Positions 49,978 to 58,802 of a DNA stretch of 64,000 nucleotides are shown here, in pieces. Numbering within the stretch: the first letter of the stretch is position 1; each line of letters begins with the position of its first letter. This DNA is from Polyangiales bacterium. GTDB taxonomy: Bacteria; Myxococcota_A; Polyangia; Polyangiales; Ga0077539. Where the stretch lies: NCBI GenBank assembly GCA_046351555.1, contig JAXLYI010000006.1:122284-186283 (forward strand), in the 5' to 3' direction. Both the position numbers and the translations under genes were made by a program. Under the pieces are notes generated by a model that searched no databases, was not told where the DNA came from, and was given only the letters and a program-made list of their open reading frames with translations.

Positions 49978-50982
49978 ATGGCGATCGAAGTGCTCCGCTG
50001 CCCCAACTGCGCCGCGCCGCTGCCGCCGGGGGCGCGGGGCGAGGTCGTCTGCGAGTACTGCCGCCACGTGCTCACCAACGTCCCCTCGCCCAACGGCTAC
50101 CGCTGGGTCGCGGGGGACGAGCGGCCGCCCGACGACGGCCTCCGCCGCGTCCACGTCGACGGGCGCACCTTCGCGCTCCTCGGGGGCCTCGCGCGCGGCG
50201 ACGGGAGCGACGTCTTCCTCGCGCGCCGCGACAAGCGCCTCGCCGAGCTCGTGGTGGTGAAGGCTCTACGCGCCCGTGAAGATGCCGACCTGCTCCGCAA
50301 CGAGTGGCGCACGCTCACCGCCCTCCACGCGAGCGAGGCGCAGGGGGCGGATTTCTTCGCGCGGATGATCCCGCAGCTCGTCGCCCACGGCCCGATGACC
50401 GGCGCCGCGGAGAAGACCCTCGCCACCGTGTACCGCTGGCGCACCGGCTTCGTCCACACGCTCGACGACGTGGCGCGCGCCCACCCCCGCGGCGTCGACC
50501 CGCGCGCGGCCGTGTGGATGTGGAAGCGCGCGCTCGAGCTCCTCGGCTGGGTCCACCGCGCGGGCTACGCGCACGGCGCGCTCGTGCCGGCGCACCTGCT
50601 CGTCCACCCGCGCGACCACGGGGTCACCTTCGTCGGCTGGGGCACCTCCGCGCCGCTGCGCGACGGGAAGCTCCCTGCCCTCCCCGGCGCGGCGCGCGAC
50701 TACTACCCCGACGACGCGTGGGAGCGGCGCGCCGCGTCGCCCGCGGCCGACCTCGTGACGCTCGCGCGGAGCGTCGCGCGGGTGCTCGGGGGCGATCCCG
50801 CGCGGGGCTCGGTGCCCTCGTCGGTGCCGGAGCCGCTGGCCGACCTGGTGATCGAGTACGCGGGGCGGCGCACGTGCGAGGCCATGGCGGCGGATGCGTG
50901 GGCGCTGAAGGAGCAGGTGTCCGAGGCGTCGCGGGCGGCCTTCGGGCCCGACCGGTACGTGAAGTTTTCGATGCCCGCGTGA
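49978..50982 (+). CDS. N-terminal zinc-ribbon + degenerate protein-kinase-like (pseudokinase) domain protein
   Basis: CPNC...CEYC ribbon; LGGLARGDGSDVFLA Gly-loop and VVKAL (VAIK-like), but catalytic-loop HRAGYAHGALVPAHLL lacks the Asp and DFG is replaced (FVGWG). Confidence 0.45.
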   Translation: MAIEVLRCPNCAAPLPPGARGEVVCEYCRHVLTNVPSPNGYRWVAGDERPPDDGLRRVHVDGRTFALLGGLARGDGSDVFLARRDKRLAELVVVKALRAREDADLLRNEWRTLTALHASEAQGADFFARMIPQLVAHGPMTGAAEKTLATVYRWRTGFVHTLDDVARAHPRGVDPRAAVWMWKRALELLGWVHRAGYAHGALVPAHLLVHPRDHGVTFVGWGTSAPLRDGKLPALPGAARDYYPDDAWERRAASPAADLVTLARSVARVLGGDPARGSVPSSVPEPLADLVIEYAGRRTCEAMAADAWALKEQVSEASRAAFGPDRYVKFSMPA

Positions 50983-51008
50983 GACGGGCGAGAGAGGAGC
51001 GGTGAGCG

Positions 51009-51974
51009 ATGGGGTACGGTGGGTATAGCCACGAGGCGCACGAGGCGATCACGAAGGCCCGCGCCGAGCTGCCGCGGCAGCAGGTGTTCAAGCAGACGAA
51101 GTGCCACCCGATGATGGACCCGCACGGGGTGAAGTTCCGCGAGGCGCGGGACAGCGAGGCGCACCCCAACTCGGTGGGCATCGTGTTCGCGCTCGACGTG
51201 ACGGGCTCGATGGGGAAGATCCCCGAGCAGCTCGCCCGCAAAGACCTCCCGACCTTCATGAAGTCCCTGACGGACGCGGGCGTGCCCGACCCGCAGCTCC
51301 TCTTCATGGCGGTGGGCGACGCGACCTGCGACAAGGCCCCGCTCCAGGTGGGGCAGTTCGAATCGGCCGCCAAGGAGATGGACCAGTGGCTCACCTGGAG
51401 CTTCCTGGAGGGCGGCGGCGGCGCGCTCGGCACCGAGTCGTACGAACTCGGTCTCTACTTCGCCGCGCGCCACACGCTCATGGACTGCTGGGAGAAGCGC
51501 AAGCACCGCGGCTACCTCTTCATGACGGGCGACGAGAACCCCTACCCCCTGGTGTCGCGCCGGCAGGTGGAGTCCCTCGTCGCTGACGGCCTCGCGGAGG
51601 ACCTCCCCCTGCCGCGCCTCGTCGACGAGCTCCAGCGCACCTTCGAGCCCTTCTTCCTCATCCCCGACGCGCAGCGGGCGAAGCGCTGCGAGCGCGAGTG
51701 GCGCGACCTCCTCGGCGACCACGTCATCGTGATGGAGTCGCCCGACGACACCTGCCTCGTGGCCGCCAGCCTCGTCTCGCTCTGCGAGGGCGCGGCGAAG
51801 GACGTCGACGCCGTCGCCCGCCAGCTCACCGCCAACGGCGCGGACAAGCAGCGCGTCGGCGCGGTGGTGCGGGCGATCACCCCCTTCGCGGCCTCGCGCG
51901 GGCGCGACGGCGCGCCGCCCCGCGTGGAGTCGGGCGCGTCGCCCTCCACGGGCGAGAGCGGGCACAAGCGGTGA
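51009..51974 (+). CDS. von Willebrand factor A domain protein
   Basis: MIDAS DVTGSMG...; TGDE later. Confidence 0.6.
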   Translation: MGYGGYSHEAHEAITKARAELPRQQVFKQTKCHPMMDPHGVKFREARDSEAHPNSVGIVFALDVTGSMGKIPEQLARKDLPTFMKSLTDAGVPDPQLLFMAVGDATCDKAPLQVGQFESAAKEMDQWLTWSFLEGGGGALGTESYELGLYFAARHTLMDCWEKRKHRGYLFMTGDENPYPLVSRRQVESLVADGLAEDLPLPRLVDELQRTFEPFFLIPDAQRAKRCEREWRDLLGDHVIVMESPDDTCLVAASLVSLCEGAAKDVDAVARQLTANGADKQRVGAVVRAITPFAASRGRDGAPPRVESGASPSTGESGHKR

Positions 51975-52690
51975 CGGAGACCCTCGTCGGCGCGGGCGAG
52001 GTGGGGCGCGTCTTCCTGCGCGCGGGCCGCGACGTCCAGGTGATCCGGCGGGGCGACCCCCTCGCGCCCGCGCCGGAGGGCACCGTGCTCGTGGCGGTGC
52101 GCGAGGACGACCTCCCGCCGCTGGTCGAGCCGCTGCGCCCCTTCGCGGCCCGCTGCGCCTTCGTGCAGAACGGGCTCGTCGAGGACGCGCTCGCGCCGCT
52201 CGGCGAGGTGACGCGGGGGCTCGTGTGGTTCACCGCGAAGGGGGAGACGTTCCACGTGCTCGCGCCGACGGTGTTTCATGGGCCGCGGGCGGGGGACTGC
52301 GCGGCGTGGCTCGCCGAGGCCGGCGTCGCCGCGCGCGTCGAGGCGAACGCGTCGCGCTTCCGCCACGAGGTCGCCCGCAAGCTCGCGTGGAACAACGTCG
52401 CCGGCCTCCCGCCCTTCGCGCGCAAGGTGACGCTCGGGGCGTACCTGACGGAGCACCGCGGCGAGGCCCGCGCCGTCATCGACGAGACCCTGCGCGTGTG
52501 CGCCGCGCGCTGGGGGACGCCCGTCGACACCGACGACGTCCTCGCGCTGGTGCTCGCGACGACGGCGCCGATCGCGGGGCTCCGCGGCGGCGACAAGGCC
52601 CTCGCGTGGCGCAACGGCGCGGTGCAGCGCCTCGGCCGCTCGCTCGGCGTGGCGACGCCCGTCACCGACGCGCTCCTCGCGGGGCGCTGA
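51971..52690 (+). CDS. ketopantoate-reductase (ApbA/PanE)-like NAD(P)-binding protein
   Basis: LVGAGEVGRVFL Rossmann; GTG overlaps the vWA stop (GTGA). Confidence 0.45.
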   Translation: MTETLVGAGEVGRVFLRAGRDVQVIRRGDPLAPAPEGTVLVAVREDDLPPLVEPLRPFAARCAFVQNGLVEDALAPLGEVTRGLVWFTAKGETFHVLAPTVFHGPRAGDCAAWLAEAGVAARVEANASRFRHEVARKLAWNNVAGLPPFARKVTLGAYLTEHRGEARAVIDETLRVCAARWGTPVDTDDVLALVLATTAPIAGLRGGDKALAWRNGAVQRLGRSLGVATPVTDALLAGR

Positions 52691-52692
52691 GG

Positions 52693-53985
52693 TTACTCGT
52701 CGCGGCAGCCGGTGCGCGACACCGCGCGGATCGTCTCCGCCGACACCTGCATGCACGCCGAGCCGAAGAAGCTGATCTCGCCGTCCATGGCGTTGGTCCA
52801 GTCCCAGCCATTGGTGCGGGTGGGGTCGTGGGGGACGGGGATGCCGTCGACCTCGACGTCGACCGCGGCGGGGTCGTCGGGGCGCGTCGCGGTGACGAAG
52901 GTGCAGCGGTTCACCGCGCGGAGCACGGTGTCGAGGGCGGCGGTGAGGTCCTCGGGGCGGCGGATGGAGTAGTACGACGGGCGGCCGGGCTCCATGCGCG
53001 GGCGGCCGCCGGCGACGGCCATCGCCTCGAGCACGTCGCGGAAGTCCGCGCCGCGCGTGATGGGCTCGTCGATGCCGAGCACGAACACCGGGATCGCCTG
53101 CGCGTCGGGCGACGCGGGCTGCGCGGCCTCGCGCAGGAGCTCGACGGTGCGGTTCTGGTCGAGGCAGTTGACCATCCAGTCGGGGCGGGTCATCGCGCAC
53201 GAGGTGGACGTGCAGCGGCACACCGGCGGCGGGGTGAAGTTGCAGTTGGGCCCGCCGTCGGTCGCGAGCACGATCGCGCGCGACACGCCGCGCCGAGGGC
53301 GCGCGCGGAGGGCGCGGAGCGTGGCGTCGAGCGCGCCGAAGGTGGGCGTCGGGCCGAAGGGGTCGGTGTCGTCGAAGACGCGCACGATCGCGGCGGTGGC
53401 GCCGAGCGCGGGCGCGAGGTCGAGGCCCGGCAGCGTCGCGCAGGTCTCCGTCGTGCCCGGGTTGGTGCCCGGGTCGAACACGCGCGGGAAGAATTTCGCC
53501 CCCACCGCGAGCGTCCGCTCCACCGGCGGGAGCGCCGTGGCGAGGGCGTTGCGCAGCACCGTCCAGCGCGAGGGCGTCCCGCCGAGCGGCGTCGTCCCGT
53601 CGAGCGCGAAGCCCATCGAGCCCGAGCGGTCGAACACGAACGCCACCTCCGCCGAGCTGCGCGTGAGGCCCGTGCGCGTCGGCACGCACACCGGCGGCGC
53701 CTCGGGCTCCTGCGGCACGTCGAGGACGTCGGGCTCGTCGGCGACGTCGGGCTCCGCGGGCACGTCCATCGCGTCGGGCACGTCCCTCACGTCCGGCGCG
53801 TCCATCACGTCGGGGACGTCGGGGACGTCGGGGACGTCGGGCTCGTCGGCGGCGTCGGGCTCCGCGGGCACGTCCATCGCGTCGGGCACGTCGGGCGCGT
53901 CGGCCCGCTCGTCGACGCGGAGGCCCGTCTTCGAGCCGCACGCGCCGAGCGCGAGGGCGAGCGCGAGCAGCGCCGCGGCCCTCAC
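52693..53985 (-). CDS. secreted vWA-domain lipoprotein with acidic DVP/DAM tandem repeats
   Basis: MRAAALLALALALGAC lipobox (GTG start); repeats DVPDAMDVPAEPD encoded at ~53690-53900; MIDAS FVFDRSGSMG. Confidence 0.55.
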   Translation of the reverse strand: MRAAALLALALALGACGSKTGLRVDERADAPDVPDAMDVPAEPDAADEPDVPDVPDVPDVMDAPDVRDVPDAMDVPAEPDVADEPDVLDVPQEPEAPPVCVPTRTGLTRSSAEVAFVFDRSGSMGFALDGTTPLGGTPSRWTVLRNALATALPPVERTLAVGAKFFPRVFDPGTNPGTTETCATLPGLDLAPALGATAAIVRVFDDTDPFGPTPTFGALDATLRALRARPRRGVSRAIVLATDGGPNCNFTPPPVCRCTSTSCAMTRPDWMVNCLDQNRTVELLREAAQPASPDAQAIPVFVLGIDEPITRGADFRDVLEAMAVAGGRPRMEPGRPSYYSIRRPEDLTAALDTVLRAVNRCTFVTATRPDDPAAVDVEVDGIPVPHDPTRTNGWDWTNAMDGEISFFGSACMQVSAETIRAVSRTGCRDE

Positions 53986-55442
53986 GAGAACCACCGCGGC
54001 GGCGGGACCCAGCCGCCGAGCGCGTCCTCGACGTGCTCGGCGACGCGGATGGTGACGTGGTCGTTGCCGGGCGCGCCGACCACCTGGACGCCGAGCGGGA
54101 GGCCGTCGTCGGTGAGCCCGAGCGGGCACTGGGTCACCGGGAGCTCGAGGGCGTTGAAGACCGCGGTGTAGCCCCACTGGACGGGCCAGAGCAGCGGCGT
54201 CCCGTGCTTCGGCGCGACCCGCGCGTGCGAGGGGTAGAGCATCACGCCGCGGTCGCCGAGCAGCGAGAGGACCTCGGCGCGCGCGCGGCGGGTGAGCTCC
54301 TCCTCGCGGGCGTGGTCGACGGGGAGGTCTTTGGTGGCGCGCTCGAGCACGCAGAGCCCGAGCGACGGCAGGGTGTACGGCGAGCGCCCCACCGCGGCCC
54401 GCGGAAACTCCCGCAGCACGTCGCGCAGGCGCAGCTCGGTGCCGTTGCCGAGGATCTTCGCGTAGGGCGTCTGGGCGCCGTTGTTCATCGCGGTGGCCCA
54501 CATCGCGATGGCGCGGCGGAGGGCGGGGATGTGAACCGTGCGGACGCGCGCGCCGCGGCGGGCGAGGGCGCGGGCGCATCGCTCCTGCGCGGCGAGGAGG
54601 CGGTCGTCGACGGACAGCACCCCGAGGCTCGGGCCCTCCCGCACGTCGAACACGGTGACCCCGCGGAGGTCGACGTCGGCCGGGTCGCCGAGGCCCATCG
54701 GGCGCGCGTGGGCGTCGTCGGGGTGGGGGCCCGCGAGCGCGCGGAGCACCGGCATCAGATCGCCCGCGCGCCGCACGATGGGCCCGGTGCCCAGCAGCCG
54801 CTGCGCCCCAGGGTCGGCGTTGGGATACTGCCCCGCGTTGGGCACGAGCCCCGGCGTGGGCTTGTGCCCGAAGACCCCGTTGAAGAACGCCGGCATCCGG
54901 ATCGACCCGCCGACGTCCGCGCCGAGCCCCACCGGCGACGCGCCCGCGCCCACCAGCGCCCCTTCGCCGCCCGAGCTCCCGCCGGCGGTGCGCGCGGGGT
55001 CGTAGGCCGAGCCCGTGCGGCCGTGCAGCCGGTTGACGCTCTCCATCCACATGCAGAGCTCGGAGGTGTTGGTCACCGCGAGCGGGATCATCCCCGCGGC
55101 GCGGAGGCGCGCGACGGTGGGCGCGTCGGACGGGGCCACCACGTCACGCCGCGCGACGAGGCCCGCCGTCCAGGGCATCGCCTCGACCGCGAACGACTCC
55201 TTCACGGTGCACGGGACGCCGTGGAAGGGAGGCAATTCGTCGTCGCCGCGGGCGAGCGCGGCGTCGGCGGCGTCGGCCTCGCGGCGGGCGGCGTCGAAGC
55301 GGTGGCGGACGACCGCGCGGAGGGCGGGGTCGACGCGCTCGATGTGGCCGATGTGCGCCTCGACCACCTCGCGGGAGGTGGCCTTGCGGGCGCGGATCAT
55401 CGCGGCGAGCTCGGTGGCGGAGCGTAGGCAGAGGGGGTCCAC
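53982..55442 (-). CDS. amidase (amidase-signature family)
   Basis: GGSSGGEGALVGAGASPVGLGADVGGSIRMPA signature; N-terminus ...SATELAAMIRARKATSREVVEAH; GTG start inferred. Confidence 0.75.
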   Translation of the reverse strand: MDPLCLRSATELAAMIRARKATSREVVEAHIGHIERVDPALRAVVRHRFDAARREADAADAALARGDDELPPFHGVPCTVKESFAVEAMPWTAGLVARRDVVAPSDAPTVARLRAAGMIPLAVTNTSELCMWMESVNRLHGRTGSAYDPARTAGGSSGGEGALVGAGASPVGLGADVGGSIRMPAFFNGVFGHKPTPGLVPNAGQYPNADPGAQRLLGTGPIVRRAGDLMPVLRALAGPHPDDAHARPMGLGDPADVDLRGVTVFDVREGPSLGVLSVDDRLLAAQERCARALARRGARVRTVHIPALRRAIAMWATAMNNGAQTPYAKILGNGTELRLRDVLREFPRAAVGRSPYTLPSLGLCVLERATKDLPVDHAREEELTRRARAEVLSLLGDRGVMLYPSHARVAPKHGTPLLWPVQWGYTAVFNALELPVTQCPLGLTDDGLPLGVQVVGAPGNDHVTIRVAEHVEDALGGWVPPPRWFS

Positions 55443-55831
55443 GGCGCGGCGACGGTACCACCGCCTCCGTGCAGCGGGTGTGCGAGGGGTGCCCGCGGGG
55501 CGCGGCGCGTGGGGCGCGCAACCCTCTTGCAAGGGCCACGGAGGGGTGATAGATCCCGCGGCCGTCTTCGGGGACCTTTCTCCCTCCGTCGTCCTCCGGC
55601 GCCCCTCGAAGACCCCATCCCACCGCGGCGATTTTCGTGCGGTGAGTGGGTTGCCGCACTCCGCACTGGCACAGTCGTGTTCGGTCGGGTCGGTCGTCGG
55701 AAGCACCGCCCTCCCCCTCGGCGATGCCTCCGGCGAAACCGGCTCCCGAACGTCCGCGCCGCTCCGGGGCGTGCGGTGCGGTCAAATCCCTGACCCGGCG
55801 GCGCCTGAGGGCACCGTCAGGTCATCACCCC

Positions 55832-56455
55832 TTGCGATTCGAACCCGAACCCCTCCGCGAAGCCCTCAGCCCCCTCGTCGCCGCGCACGGCGTCGAGCTG
55901 GTGGCGCTCGAGTGGCTGCAGGGCCCGGGGCGGGGCGTGCTGCGGGCCTACATCGACCGCCCGGGGGCCGACCCCGTCACCGCGGCCGAGCGGCGCGAGG
56001 AGGGCGTCACCGCGGACATCTGCGCGGCGGTGAGCCGTGACCTGAGCGCGCACCTCGACGTGCTCGACCCCTTCGAGGTGCCCTACGACCTCGAGGTGAG
56101 CTCGCCGGGCTTCGAGCGCCCGGTGCAGAAGCGCGAGGACTTCGACCGCTTCGTCGGGCTCGTGCTGAAGTTCAAGACGCGCGTCCCGGTGGCGGGGCGC
56201 GGCTCGTTCGAGGGCCCCATCGCGGGGACGGCCGACCGGCCCAACGGCGGCTTCGCCGTGCGGGTGCTGGTCGACGGCCGCGAGGAGTCCTTCGACGCGC
56301 GCGACGTCTCCCGCGCGAAGCTCGCGGAGATCAAAGCCCCCAAGCCGGCGAAGCCCGGCAAGGGCCCCCGACCCGACCGCCGACAGGACGCGGCGCCGGG
56401 CACCACGACCACGACCGCCGGCGGCGCGCCCCAGCGCCCCCGAGGCGAGAGGTAG
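55832..56455 (+). CDS. rimP: ribosome maturation factor RimP (with basic C-terminal extension)
   Basis: LVAAHGVELVALEW...LRAYIDRPG...LEVSSPGFERP; TTG start inferred; upstream of nusA. Confidence 0.65.
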   Translation: MRFEPEPLREALSPLVAAHGVELVALEWLQGPGRGVLRAYIDRPGADPVTAAERREEGVTADICAAVSRDLSAHLDVLDPFEVPYDLEVSSPGFERPVQKREDFDRFVGLVLKFKTRVPVAGRGSFEGPIAGTADRPNGGFAVRVLVDGREESFDARDVSRAKLAEIKAPKPAKPGKGPRPDRRQDAAPGTTTTTAGGAPQRPRGER

Positions 56456-56464
56456 AGACCCGTC

Positions 56465-58177
56465 ATGGTAAAGCAAGCGCAACCGCCCGCCCCCTCCGGC
56501 CCCAACCTCAGCCAGACGCTCGACATCGTCGCGAAGGACAAGGGCATCGACCGCCAGCGGCTGGTGAAGACGTTGGAGGCCGCGATCCTCTCGGCGGCCC
56601 GCAAGCACCTCGGGGGCACCCGCGAGCTCGACGCGCGCTTCAACGAGCGCGAGGGCGGGGTCGACCTGTTCCAGATCATGAAGGTGGCGGAGGCGGTGAC
56701 CAACCCCGAGCAGGAGATCTCGCTCGAGGTGGCGCAGCGCTTCGGCCTCGCGGAGGAGGCCGGCGAGCAGCTTGCCTTCCAGGTGTTCTACCGCGAGGAG
56801 GACCGGCTGAAGGCCGAGAAGCAGGAGGCGCAGTTCGGCGACATGCTCCTGCTCCAGAGCGTGCGCAAGGGCTTCGGGCGCATCGCCGCGCAGGCCGCCA
56901 AGCAGGTGATCATCCAGCAGGTGCGCGACGCCGAGCGCGAGAACATCTTCAACGAGTACAAGGACCGCAAGGGCGAGATCATCACGGGCGTGGTGCGGCG
57001 CTTCGAGCGCAACGACCTCGTGGTCGACCTCGGGCGCACCGAGGCCGTGCTCCGGGCGCGCGACCAGGTGCCGCGCGAGAGCTACCGCCCCGGCGAGCGC
57101 ATCGTCGCCTTCGTGAAGGACATCGACCGCGAGGCCAAGGGCCCGCAGATCATCCTCTCGCGCGGCGACGTCGGGCTCCTCATCAAGCTCTTCGAGGCCG
57201 AGGTGCCGGAGATCTACGAGGGCATCGTGAAGATCGTGGCCGCCTCGCGCGAGCCCGGCGTGCGCTCGAAGATCGCGGTGCAGTCGCGCGACGCGGACGT
57301 CGACCCGGTGGGCGCGTGCGTCGGCGTGAAGGGCTCGCGCGTGCAGGCCGTCGTGCAGGAGCTGCGCGGCGAGCGCATCGACATCGTCCCCTACGACCGC
57401 GACCCGGCCCGCTTCGTCTGCAACGCGATCGCGCCGGCGGAGATCTCGCGCGTCATCATCAACGACGCCGACCACGCGATGGAGCTCGTCGTCCCCGACG
57501 AGAAGCTCTCGCTGGCGATCGGGCGCAAGGGGCAGAACGTCCGCCTCGCGTCGCAGCTCACCAACTGGAAGCTCGACATCATCTCCGAGAGCAAGTTCAA
57601 GCAGATCGAGGAGGAGTCGATCAACGCGCTCTCCCTCATCGCGGGCGTGACGCCGGCCATCGCGCAGACGATGTACAAGCTCGGCTTCCGCTCGCTCGAG
57701 GAGGTGGCCGAGGCCGGCGCCGACGAGCTCGCGGGCATCCCGGGCCTCGGCGGCGCGGAGAACGCCGACCGCATCAAGGCCGCCGCGGAGACCGCGATGG
57801 AGGAGGTGCGCCAGCGCCGCATCCGCGACGCCTCGCTGCGCACCGAGCCCCTCTCCGAGAAGGAGCGGCTGCTCTTCGTGCAGGGCGTCGGCGAGCACAC
57901 CGTCGGCGTGCTGGCCCAGTGCGGCATCAACAACGTGGAGCAGCTCCACGGGGCCTCCGAGGAGACGCTCCTGCGGGAGACGGGCCTCGGGCTCCGCAAG
58001 GTGCGGCAGATCAAGCAGGGCGCGGCCACCTTCCTGAGCTCGGAGCTCAAGGTGATCGAGGACGCGCAGCGCGCGGCCCGCGCGACGGCGCGCGAGGCGG
58101 CGGCGCGCGAGGCCGCGGAGGCCGCGGAGGCCGCGCAGCGCGCGGGCGAGGCGGCGGAGCCCCCGGCGGAGGCGTAG
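56465..58177 (+). CDS. nusA: transcription termination/antitermination factor NusA
   Basis: S1 and KH domains ([28 protein letters not shown]); C-terminal acidic repeats. Confidence 0.9.
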   Translation: MVKQAQPPAPSGPNLSQTLDIVAKDKGIDRQRLVKTLEAAILSAARKHLGGTRELDARFNEREGGVDLFQIMKVAEAVTNPEQEISLEVAQRFGLAEEAGEQLAFQVFYREEDRLKAEKQEAQFGDMLLLQSVRKGFGRIAAQAAKQVIIQQVRDAERENIFNEYKDRKGEIITGVVRRFERNDLVVDLGRTEAVLRARDQVPRESYRPGERIVAFVKDIDREAKGPQIILSRGDVGLLIKLFEAEVPEIYEGIVKIVAASREPGVRSKIAVQSRDADVDPVGACVGVKGSRVQAVVQELRGERIDIVPYDRDPARFVCNAIAPAEISRVIINDADHAMELVVPDEKLSLAIGRKGQNVRLASQLTNWKLDIISESKFKQIEEESINALSLIAGVTPAIAQTMYKLGFRSLEEVAEAGADELAGIPGLGGAENADRIKAAAETAMEEVRQRRIRDASLRTEPLSEKERLLFVQGVGEHTVGVLAQCGINNVEQLHGASEETLLRETGLGLRKVRQIKQGAATFLSSELKVIEDAQRAARATAREAAAREAAEAAEAAQRAGEAAEPPAEA

Positions 58178-58184
58178 GCGAGCG

Positions 58185-58802
58185 GTGATGGCGAGGCCCG
58201 ACGAGCGCGAGAAGGTGCGGCACGAGCCGCGCGGGGTGAAGGCCCCGGAGCGGACGTGCACGGGGTGCCGCAAGCAGGCGCACCCGCGGGCGCTCGTGCG
58301 CCTGGTCGCGCTGCCCGACGGCCGGGTGGCGCTCGACCCGAAGGCGTCGAGCGGCGGGCGCGGGGCGTGGGTGCACCCGACGCGGGGCTGCGTGGAGGCG
58401 ACGGTGAAGCGCCACGCGGCCGAGCGGACGCTCAAGCTGGAGGCGCGGCGCGACCTCGACGCGGGGGCGCTGCTCGCGTCGCTGCGCGAGGCGCTCGCGC
58501 GCAAGGCGGCATCGCTGCTGGTGGTGGCCTCGCGGACGCGCGCGATCGCGCTCGGGGCGGAGGCGGTGGCCGACGCGCTCGAGCGGGGGCGCGTTCACCT
58601 GGTGGTGGCCGCGCGCGACGCGGGGCAGACGGCGGCGGCGCTGGCCGAGGGGGCGGGCCCCCGGGTGCTCCGCCACGCGACGAAGATGGAACTTGGTGGC
58701 GTGTTCGGCCGCGGAGAGGTGGCGCTGCTGGCGCTCACCGAGCCCCGCATCGCGGCCGAGCTCGCGCAGACGATCGAACGCCTCGCGGCGCTGGAGGACT
58801 GA
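58185..58802 (+). CDS. YlxR (DUF448) RNA-binding protein fused to L7Ae-like domain
   Basis: ERTCTGCRKQ...RGAWVHP DUF448; position between nusA and infB. Confidence 0.65.
   Translation: MMARPDEREKVRHEPRGVKAPERTCTGCRKQAHPRALVRLVALPDGRVALDPKASSGGRGAWVHPTRGCVEATVKRHAAERTLKLEARRDLDAGALLASLREALARKAASLLVVASRTRAIALGAEAVADALERGRVHLVVAARDAGQTAAALAEGAGPRVLRHATKMELGGVFGRGEVALLALTEPRIAAELAQTIERLAALED

Noticed and set aside
52225-58504. ORFs 52225..54171 (+), 52693..55050 N-terminal half, 55817..58504 (-), 58595..61795 (-)
   Set aside because: Out-of-frame or antisense to well-supported genes (vWA lipoprotein, amidase, nusA, infB), with biased R/G/P/A composition.
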